Virus record (IMG/VR): IMGVR_UViG_3300035454_000831
Span: 1 to 64,000 of that record
Length of the DNA stretch: 64,000 bases
Strand: one strand, 5' to 3'
From: a virus
Lineage: Duplodnaviria > Caudoviricetes
The notes under the pieces were generated by a model. The model made no database searches, was not told the origin of the DNA, and saw only the letters and a list, made by a program, of their open reading frames with translations. Below, one piece after another: positions 56,805 to 64,000 of the stretch (the first letter of the stretch is position 1; the number at the start of each line of letters is the position of its first letter). A program made the translations under genes and the position numbers.

Positions 56805-56812
56805 ATAATTAT
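56805..56812. promoter_or_regulatory. Palindromic ATAATTAT serving divergent late genes
   Basis: Reads TAATTAT on both strands, 3-4 nt before starts 56816 and 56800. Confidence 0.55.
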
Positions 56813-56815
56813 TAT

Positions 56816-59308
56816 ATGGCAGGTTCATTCGTACTTAGGGAATACAGAGACGCTCACGAGGCGGTGCTTGATAGTGTGGAAAGCAGCACACAATCGCTCA
56901 GGTCCTTCACTAGAGGTGTAGAATCAGCCACTGAAGCCACCGATGGTCTTGAAGAAAGCATCGAGGACATTCATAGATCAGCCGAGAGGGTTTCGACATC
57001 GTCAGTGACACTGTCAAATAGACTTGGTGTCGTTGAGAAGTCTATTAAGGGGCTGTTCGAGACATCAGTGAAAGTAGTCGGTACACTGCTGGAGTATAAC
57101 GACTCCGCCAGACTATCGATCAGGGGGACGTCATTGATGTCTGCCAGTATTGACGGCATGAGAAATAGTGTCAATAGTCTGACCGTACTAGGTCCGAAGG
57201 TTGCCTCAGCTTTGATGTACAGCTCCAAGGAAGCAGCTCAATTCTCAGCGAACTTGATCTCAGATATGGAGCGTGTCTCCGGGTCTCTCGACATTAGGGA
57301 AGCCTCAAAACAGGTGGAGGAGTACGCTCTGAATGTTCGAGGAAGTGCTACCATGATGAACATGAGTTCCTCGGACATGATAGCACTTCAGCATCAAATG
57401 GTTGGCCAGGCTCATTTGAGCCTCGGAGAGATGCAGAACCTTATGACCGAGATGGCTGGATACTCTTCCACGTTAGGCTTGGAAGGTAAGGATGTCCAGG
57501 AAATGACGGCGAAGCATATGGAGACCGTGATGGCTCTCGACAAGGACTCCAGGAAGGCTTATATATCTGACTTGGCGTACGCGGCTGGCGTCCAGAAGAG
57601 AGCAGCCATTGATTTTGGTAAGTATGCAACTTCCCTTACTCAGAAGCAGGGTTCGGAGGCCCTCACGGAAGAGCTCAAGCTTTCAGCACTTTCAGGGGTG
57701 AACGCCAGCGAGGTATCTTGGGCACTCAGTCAAGCCTCGGTTGACCCAAAAGCAGCTGAGAAGCAGCAAGAGATAATTGAGAAGTCCCTACAGTCATTTG
57801 GGGTCAGTATGGCTGAGTATGAGGATCTGTTCGCGCAGCGCAGGGAAGGTACTATGGATAACTCAGAATATGAGAGATTCAGGATTCTAGAGGCGCAAGC
57901 AAAGACTATCACTGACATGACGGGGAAGTCTTTGCCCGACCTTCTCGGTCTCAAGAACGTATTACAGGAAGTTAATATTCCTACCAAAGAGGACGCAGCG
58001 ACAGATATAAAAGATCTTACCGGGAAGGATGCCCAGAAGGACATTCAGGACAGGCTAATAACCACTGATGAGACAGTTTCTAGATTCAACGCTAATATAG
58101 CTGATATTGCTATTGGAGCCGCCGACGCTACTGGCGCACTCGGCACCTTCGCAGACACTCTAAGAGATATAACCGCAGCCAATAGATCAGGGAAGGAGAG
58201 CCTTGGAATAGACTCTGGTGGAATCATTGATGGTGCACTCGGGGGTCTCTCCTTGTTGCTCGCTAAGAAACTAGGCGGGTCGCTCTTATCAGGTGGCGCT
58301 GGCGCTGCTGGTGGAGGTATTCTATCTAGAATCGGTGCAGGTGCCAGCGGTATGGTCTCTAGAATCGGTGCAGGTGCCAGTGGTCTTTTATCGGGAGCGG
58401 GTACGGCAATAGGGGGCACCCTTTCATCGGCCAGTGCTCTAGGGGCTACCTCAGTTGGAGCTGCTGGTGCTGCCCCCATAGCTGCCACCGTGGGAACGGG
58501 AGCACTTCTCGGGTATGGCATTGCTCAGGGTATTCAGAAAATTTCTGAGGCGACCACTGGTAAGGACGTCTCGACACATGCTGCCGATTGGTGGACGAGT
58601 GATCTCCAGAAGAAAATGGACGATGAGAATGAGCGAGGCAAGATGCTGCATGAGGTGGGAGCTGGCTCATTCCGAGATAAGGGTGTGGAGGCGAATTTAG
58701 AGAGGGAAAAGGCCATACAAATATGGACCAAAGAACTGGAAAGAGCTTCCAAGTCTGAGGAAAGTGTCGCTATGAAAATGGCAGAGAGGAATTTGGCCAA
58801 CTTGACCGACCAACTTCGGAGCCCCGACTCGACACGTTACCAGGATGAGGAAAGAGCTAAGATGATGAAGGATCTTGAGAGCAAGAAACAAGAACCGACC
58901 CCTGCTATGCCGAAACGGCAGGATGATGCCGAAAAGGGGGTCCTTGATCAATATGAGAAGTATAAACCGTTCGTGTCCGATAAGGAGGGTTATGAGCAGA
59001 CGAAGGATAAGGCTCTAATGGATATTAGAGCCGAGAGGGAGAGGGTCGAACAAGACCTTAACACCGAAGAACTCAAGCTCCCAGCATTAAAGAAAGAGAT
59101 GCCGTATCAGCCGTCCGTTGGTAAGCCGCAGCCTGGAAAGGACCCGGTCGAAGGTTTTGAAAAAGCTCTCAGCGGAATCAAGCTGGGTGGCATTGAAAGG
59201 CACCTTGGGAACAACCGAAAGGTGATAGAGAACATAGTTCCGTTGTTATCTGATATGCGCGACTCGCTGCTCAGGTCTTCTTCTTCTGGGTTGATCTCGG
59301 CAGTATGA
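56816..59308 (+). CDS. Tape-measure-like protein
   Basis: 830 aa, helical, with a central Gly/Ala-rich hydrophobic segment. Confidence 0.65.
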   Translation: MAGSFVLREYRDAHEAVLDSVESSTQSLRSFTRGVESATEATDGLEESIEDIHRSAERVSTSSVTLSNRLGVVEKSIKGLFETSVKVVGTLLEYNDSARLSIRGTSLMSASIDGMRNSVNSLTVLGPKVASALMYSSKEAAQFSANLISDMERVSGSLDIREASKQVEEYALNVRGSATMMNMSSSDMIALQHQMVGQAHLSLGEMQNLMTEMAGYSSTLGLEGKDVQEMTAKHMETVMALDKDSRKAYISDLAYAAGVQKRAAIDFGKYATSLTQKQGSEALTEELKLSALSGVNASEVSWALSQASVDPKAAEKQQEIIEKSLQSFGVSMAEYEDLFAQRREGTMDNSEYERFRILEAQAKTITDMTGKSLPDLLGLKNVLQEVNIPTKEDAATDIKDLTGKDAQKDIQDRLITTDETVSRFNANIADIAIGAADATGALGTFADTLRDITAANRSGKESLGIDSGGIIDGALGGLSLLLAKKLGGSLLSGGAGAAGGGILSRIGAGASGMVSRIGAGASGLLSGAGTAIGGTLSSASALGATSVGAAGAAPIAATVGTGALLGYGIAQGIQKISEATTGKDVSTHAADWWTSDLQKKMDDENERGKMLHEVGAGSFRDKGVEANLEREKAIQIWTKELERASKSEESVAMKMAERNLANLTDQLRSPDSTRYQDEERAKMMKDLESKKQEPTPAMPKRQDDAEKGVLDQYEKYKPFVSDKEGYEQTKDKALMDIRAERERVEQDLNTEELKLPALKKEMPYQPSVGKPQPGKDPVEGFEKALSGIKLGGIERHLGNNRKVIENIVPLLSDMRDSLLRSSSSGLISAV
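58325..58380 (+). repeat. 33-bp-period direct repeat (SRIGAGASG twice)
   Basis: TCTAGAATCGGTGCAGGTGCCAG at 58325 and 58358. Confidence 0.85.
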
Positions 59309-59328
59309 CTTCTGGCGTTCTGTTCTTT

Positions 59329-59565
59329 ATGAAGATAGTCCAGCCTATTGAGATCGTAAGCCTTGTCGCAGCTCTTTCCGCCTCAGTCTTTTCGTGGTTA
59401 CACCTTAACTCCCTGCAGGTTACTTTAATGGTCGCCATTCTAGGGTTTGTGATAACTCTTCTAATGGTGTGTTACAGGATCGTCAGCTACATTATAGCAT
59501 TCTTGACCGAGGTCGCGCCATCATTTGCGGTGGTCAGAGAATTCCTGAAGAAGTTTGGAACTTAA
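59329..59565 (+). CDS. Small membrane protein with two TM segments, holin-like
   Basis: Two hydrophobic helices and a basic C-terminus. Confidence 0.5.
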   Translation: MKIVQPIEIVSLVAALSASVFSWLHLNSLQVTLMVAILGFVITLLMVCYRIVSYIIAFLTEVAPSFAVVREFLKKFGT

Positions 59566-59588
59566 CTGACAAGGATTTCTTCATTGTA

Positions 59589-61388
59589 ATGAAATTCGGT
59601 ATCAGTAAGGACGGGGAAGCTTTCACAAGCGGTCCAATGACATTGACAGAGGCAGAAGAAACTGCTGGATCTGATGGCGACATCATCTGGAAGCTGTCTC
59701 AGGAGGCAAACTTACCAATGTACCAATGGAATGGTAACGGTTGGGAAAAATATGGTACATCAAAGGTCGACTTAATGTCGTTGTGGAATCACGACACTAA
59801 GCCCAGAAAGTCCCAGGTAGATGTTCTTGACTGGCTGTCCGAACAAACAGCAAAATTCTGCATTGTTGAAGCCCCAACAGGCGTTGGTAAATCCCTCATT
59901 TGTACTACGGTGTGCAATGACGGTGGAGGGGTTGTGTTGACTCCTCAAATATCTCTACAGGAACAGTACTTGCGTGACTTCCCCTACATGGATCTGATCA
60001 TGTCTTCCGAGAACTACAAGTGTAGGAAGAGCACCGCCGACAAAGGGTCAGACGGGTTCCTAAGTTGTAAACGCGGCTCCGTTCTTTGCAAACGCGATAA
60101 ATGCCTTGGGTCTTGCCCCTATCAAATCGCAAAGGCTAACTTTTGTAGCTCCACACATGGTACCTCGAATTACGCATACTTCTGGCGTTTCCTTGGTACT
60201 CCAGAATTGATACTGGATCAACAATGGATTATTCTGGATGAGGCTCATAACCTTGAACAATCGCTAATCGACTCAGCATCCGTAGAGATTTCAGAGAAAT
60301 GGTGTAAGGACAATGGCTTCAACTATCAGAGGCCGAGGAGTTTTTACGAAGCTATCGACTTCTTTGTCTCCCTTGTCGAAGACGTCAACCGGAAGTGCTC
60401 TGAGCTTAGGGTTGGTTGTGATTTATTTGAAAAGAACGGGGATAGTTCATCACTGCTCAAACAGCTGGAAGAAATGCTCCGCCTAGAGGAGTTCACCACA
60501 GCCTCAAATCATGCATACACGATTATAACTTCCCCAGTTGAGGACTCAGGAGTCAAGCTTTATCAAAGTGACGACTTCGATGAGGACGCTCTCATAGACG
60601 CCGGGTTGGTTCTTATCAGAAATGAAGATAGAGATAGGGACGGATTCGTTTTCAAACCGTTGTACGCGAGCCATGTATGGGAAACTCTTCCGGATTTCAT
60701 TAAGGAAAAACGTTTCCTTCTCACGTCAGCCACTATTTTGGACGTTAATCAGTTCATCAAGAATATTGGATGGCCTAAGAAAGACGTTGCTTTTTACCGC
60801 ATCGATTCGCCATTCGATAGGGACAACAGGAAAGTCTACCTGAAGGGTAAAGTGGGGTTGAACAGAGGTAACATCGAATATGAATTTCCGGGGGTTGTTT
60901 CTGAGGCCGATAAATTTCTCAGGAAGTTCGAGGGAATGCGCGGTATCGTCCATTCCCACACCTTCAAGCTTGCCAATGAATTTTTCAACTTATCGAAGAT
61001 GAAGGATAGGTTGCTGTTGCATAAGCAAGGTGAAGATAGGAACGCTCTTATTGAGAGGTTTATGAATTCTGATCAGGACGATTTGGTTCTTATCTCGCCG
61101 TCTATGACTGAGGGTTTGGATCTTAAGGGAGATCTGGCAAGGTTCGCCCTTTTCTTGAAGGTTCCCTACCCGTCAATGGGTGACCAATGGGTGAAGGCCA
61201 GAATGGATAGAGACAGATCATGGTACTCATGGCAAGTAGCCAAGACTATCATCCAGGGCTGCGGACGTGTCGTTAGAAGTAAAAACGACTGGGGTTACTC
61301 AGTAATGCTTGATGGTGGTTTCAAAAGCTTCTTCGACAGGGAGCAGAACCTCTTCCCAGAGTGGTTTCTAGATTCGGTTAGACTATGA
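59589..61388 (+). CDS. DinG/XPD-family SF2 helicase
   Basis: Q motif, EAPTGVGKS, Cys cluster, DEAH, SAT, EGLD, QGCGRVVR. Confidence 0.92.
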   Translation: MKFGISKDGEAFTSGPMTLTEAEETAGSDGDIIWKLSQEANLPMYQWNGNGWEKYGTSKVDLMSLWNHDTKPRKSQVDVLDWLSEQTAKFCIVEAPTGVGKSLICTTVCNDGGGVVLTPQISLQEQYLRDFPYMDLIMSSENYKCRKSTADKGSDGFLSCKRGSVLCKRDKCLGSCPYQIAKANFCSSTHGTSNYAYFWRFLGTPELILDQQWIILDEAHNLEQSLIDSASVEISEKWCKDNGFNYQRPRSFYEAIDFFVSLVEDVNRKCSELRVGCDLFEKNGDSSSLLKQLEEMLRLEEFTTASNHAYTIITSPVEDSGVKLYQSDDFDEDALIDAGLVLIRNEDRDRDGFVFKPLYASHVWETLPDFIKEKRFLLTSATILDVNQFIKNIGWPKKDVAFYRIDSPFDRDNRKVYLKGKVGLNRGNIEYEFPGVVSEADKFLRKFEGMRGIVHSHTFKLANEFFNLSKMKDRLLLHKQGEDRNALIERFMNSDQDDLVLISPSMTEGLDLKGDLARFALFLKVPYPSMGDQWVKARMDRDRSWYSWQVAKTIIQGCGRVVRSKNDWGYSVMLDGGFKSFFDREQNLFPEWFLDSVRL

Positions 61389-61840
61389 CCAACAAAGAAT
61401 ACCTTCCTCATCCCTCTTTGATCCCAAAACTGAAGACCTCAGGGGGTGATAGAATACCTCTGAGTGCTCTATTACGGATCGATCCAGAGAACCTTATTCA
61501 TGAGTATGAACTACAGTCTCCTTGGATGGCAGTTCTTCAACATGAATATGGCTTGGTCGAATTGCAGATCGAGAGAAAGGAGCGGGAGATCAAGGAAGCA
61601 GAGGCTGAAGCCTTTCTCAGGGTTCGCGAGCAACTTAGACTTGGCGGAAGAGTACCGAATGAGGCAACGATCAAGGCGAATGTCACTGTTGATGAGCGAG
61701 TGAAATCTCTCTATCAGGATTTGTTCTCATTGAGAGAGCAAGAAGTGGTAATTTCAGCCGCACGACTTGCATTCAATGCCAGGAAGGAAATGCTAATATC
61801 CTTGGGAGCGGAAGTTCGACTAGACAAGAAGAGCCAGTAA
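61385..61840 (+). CDS. UvsY-like recombination mediator
   Basis: Helical, 151 aa; NEATIKANV..D, AFNARKEML; lies near the SSB gene. Confidence 0.65.
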   Translation: MTNKEYLPHPSLIPKLKTSGGDRIPLSALLRIDPENLIHEYELQSPWMAVLQHEYGLVELQIERKEREIKEAEAEAFLRVREQLRLGGRVPNEATIKANVTVDERVKSLYQDLFSLREQEVVISAARLAFNARKEMLISLGAEVRLDKKSQ

Positions 61841-61850
61841 TGCAGCCGTT

Positions 61851-63080
61851 ATGATTGATGACAAGTTTCATTTTGTCTGGCTTGGGGAAATTCCAAGGAT
61901 CGTACAGGATAATATAGATAGGGTAAGACAACTATACCCATCAGCGGAGATAGTAGTTTGGGACTCCATTCCCAACAATCTATACGATGAATACTTTGAA
62001 GTAATTCATGACCTTGGGCAGTTATGCATGAAGTCGGATTTGATACGGCTTTGGGCAGTCAACGAATATGGCGGGACATACTTGGATGGAGATGTTTACC
62101 TTCTGAAAAGGTTCGATCATATTATGCCGAGAAGTTCGATGTACTTCTGGAACACTATGTCCAACTGCGGTAGGATTGCCAACTGTATATTTGGTGATAC
62201 AGCTGGAGGCACCAACATCTCCAGCTTGGTGATGGAGTCGAAGAGGCTTATAAGGGAAAACTCCAGATTTGGTAGGACAGCCTTTGGCCCCACTCTTTTC
62301 AGGTCTCTCGATAAGAGTGGAGAGATACTGCCGTGCCATTATATAGCACCCTATCTAAGATTCGACTCTTGCAAAAGGATAATAGAGTCTGATGAGTCCC
62401 AGAGGGCGGAGTTGCTAAAAGGTATCAGGCATAGGTTCTGTGATGGGGTGGAACCATTCGCTATGCATTTCGGCGGAATACCTGATCAGCATATGCCAGG
62501 CTCATCCGGAAGGTCTAGCTTTGTCAAAAGAATACCGAGGTGCGACTCGTTATTGAAGAGATTACCTAATTCCCCAGTGAAAGGTGCTGAGGTCGGGGTT
62601 TTTGATGGATCTATGTCTTCCTACTTACTTAGCATGAGAGGGGATCTTGAGTTGTTAATGATAGATTCCTGGTCATCTTCAACTGTGGGGGATTCGTATT
62701 ATGAATCAATGGACAAGAAGTCTAGGCTATCTCAGGCCGAATTCGATGAGGCAATGATCAAGGCCATTTCCAGAGTTAAATTTTCCAGAACTAGGGCCAC
62801 TGTAATAAAACAAGACTCAAGCGTTTTTGCTGGGCTCGTACAAGATAACACCCTGGACTTCGTCTTCATAGACGCTGATCATTCCTACACTGCCGTACTG
62901 AAGGATATCGAATTGTGGTCAAAAAAGATAAAAGCTGGTGGTATCCTATGTGGTCATGACTTCAAGCTGTCGGAACGAAACTCTTGGGGAGTGTCTAGGG
63001 CAGTGGCTGACTGGTGTTCAGCCAATAATTATTCATACGACTTGGACGAAGGTGACACATGGTTCGTTCAGTTATCTTAA
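61851..63080 (+). CDS. DXD glycosyltransferase fused to a class I SAM methyltransferase
   Basis: HFVWLG, SDLIR...YGGTYLDGD, FGP; then AEVGVFDG, DFVFIDADHSY, GGILCGHDF. Confidence 0.88.
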   Translation: MIDDKFHFVWLGEIPRIVQDNIDRVRQLYPSAEIVVWDSIPNNLYDEYFEVIHDLGQLCMKSDLIRLWAVNEYGGTYLDGDVYLLKRFDHIMPRSSMYFWNTMSNCGRIANCIFGDTAGGTNISSLVMESKRLIRENSRFGRTAFGPTLFRSLDKSGEILPCHYIAPYLRFDSCKRIIESDESQRAELLKGIRHRFCDGVEPFAMHFGGIPDQHMPGSSGRSSFVKRIPRCDSLLKRLPNSPVKGAEVGVFDGSMSSYLLSMRGDLELLMIDSWSSSTVGDSYYESMDKKSRLSQAEFDEAMIKAISRVKFSRTRATVIKQDSSVFAGLVQDNTLDFVFIDADHSYTAVLKDIELWSKKIKAGGILCGHDFKLSERNSWGVSRAVADWCSANNYSYDLDEGDTWFVQLS

Positions 63081-63097
63081 ACTTCGTTTTCTAAGAT

Positions 63098-63160
63098 TTG
63101 CCCTTGGGAAAGGCGACAACAAATACCAAAGCCCAAATAAACCAAAATAAACTAAAGCAT
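63098..63160 (+). promoter_or_regulatory. Candidate translational operator of SSB (pseudoknot plus A-rich tract)
   Basis: S1 63098-63102/63112-63116; S2 63104-63108/63132-63136. Confidence 0.45.
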
Positions 63161-64000
63161 ATGGCGATTGATCAGTCACTCCTGGATGAGATCCAGAACG
63201 ATAAAGAAAACTCAGGGGGTTCTAAGACCCCTACCTGGAAAGTTCCAGCAGACGGCAAGGAGCACACTATCAGAGTTCTTCCAGGATTCTTCGGAAAGAC
63301 CAAGAAGAGGTGGTACGAACCACTCGTCCAACATTGGGGTCCTAGTCCGGATGGTAGGGGTAATAATATTGCTTACCCCTGTTTGAAGGAGCACTTTGGG
63401 CGGAACGACTGCCCATTCTGCAAAGCTTGGGAAGATGCCAAAGATGAGGAACGCAAGGTCGATGAGAGCCTTCAGCACTGCTCTGATGAGGCTGAGCGTG
63501 CACGTCTGGAGAAGAAACTCAAGAAGCTCAAATCATCCGTCAAGGACCTTTCATACCGGAGAGCGTATCTTCACAACATCGTTGATCGTTCTGAGAATAC
63601 TCCGACTGCTAGAGCATTCTTCGCTCCCAAGACTGTTTGGGACGTATTCGTCAACGCCTTCACCAACAACCCCGACGGTGATATCTTTGACCCTGAGGAT
63701 GGTCACGATTTCACTATCAAGAGGAAGACTGAGAATAATCGCACCTCATATGTCGCCTCAGTGAAGCTAAGGTCGTCCCCGGTATCAGATGATCAGGCGG
63801 AATATAAGCGAATCATGGCCTCCAGGGTTGACTTCCCTAAGGAGTACTTGTCTTCTGAACCGAGTGTGGAGGATATGGAAAAGACCGTCGAGCTTCTTCT
63901 TTCTGGGAGTGGTAAGAAGAGGACCTTCCAAGAAGAGGACGTCCCACGCCGACGTGACTCTGATGAGGACTTCCGTCCGAAGAAGAAGGTCGTTGATGAC
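63161..64000 (+). CDS. ssDNA-binding protein, gp32-like (runs off the window)
   Basis: Translated by hand: MAIDQSLLDE...TIRVLP...QHW...YPCL...DCPFC...DIFDPEDGHDFTIK. Confidence 0.85.
   Translation, partial: MAIDQSLLDEIQNDKENSGGSKTPTWKVPADGKEHTIRVLPGFFGKTKKRWYEPLVQHWGPSPDGRGNNIAYPCLKEHFGRNDCPFCKAWEDAKDEERKVDESLQHCSDEAERARLEKKLKKLKSSVKDLSYRRAYLHNIVDRSENTPTARAFFAPKTVWDVFVNAFTNNPDGDIFDPEDGHDFTIKRKTENNRTSYVASVKLRSSPVSDDQAEYKRIMASRVDFPKEYLSSEPSVEDMEKTVELLLSGSGKKRTFQEEDVPRRRDSDEDFRPKKKVVDD

Noticed and set aside
2692-59588. Long N-terminal extensions in the ORF track (2692, 3185, 4554, 20863, 24500, 27118, 29071, 29541, 31937, 50014, 50370, 53107, 55109, 59469)
   Set aside because: They overlap neighbouring genes or promoters; downstream starts fit promoter spacing or translational coupling
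63168-63764. ORF-track calls at the right end
   Set aside because: They are out-of-frame or antisense shadows of the gp32-like gene starting at 63161, which the track missed because it has no stop inside the window
1-64000. Stop-codon reassignment (alternative genetic code)
   Set aside because: Conserved genes are full length in the standard code, and TAA, TAG and TGA all end genes at sensible positions
1-64000. tRNA, rRNA, CRISPR array, integrase/transposase, reverse transcriptase (DGR or retron)
   Set aside because: No cloverleaf, repeat-spacer array or catalytic motifs seen by eye; a tRNAscan/Infernal run would be definitive

Overview
64 kb of a large lytic dsDNA myophage genome, probably a jumbo phage. 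The genetic code is standard, coding is dense, and I saw no tRNA, CRISPR array or integrase. T4-type morphogenesis genes (gp23-like capsid, gp20-like portal, gp5/gp6/gp7/gp25/gp26/gp53-like baseplate, PAAR, tube-like proteins, tape-measure candidate, large fibre) are scattered over both strands. They are mixed with replication and recombination genes (UDG-fused family A polymerase, primase, SbcC/gp46, 5'-3' exonuclease, DinG helicase, UvsY-like, gp32-like SSB), rIIA/rIIB, a lysozyme and auxiliary genes ((p)ppGpp hydrolase-like, Dps-like, ACP-like, methyl- and glycosyltransferases). The most striking pattern is regulatory. Transcription units appear to be leaderless, with three motifs a few nt upstream of start codons: sigma70 TTGACA-N17-TATAAT before early genes, GNNTTCT mostly before replication genes, and TAGTTAT before late genes. 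A sigma-like gene lies in the primase operon. The late class includes dispersed, unrelated small proteins that share short leaders ending in L/I-x-E, consistent with a capsid-targeting and protease-release cargo system. Other candidates: two structured ncRNAs, a +1 frameshift at the end of the gp26-like gene, a pseudoknot in the SSB leader, a serine-less ACP mimic and an origin-like region. All calls come from reading motifs by eye; no database searches were run.
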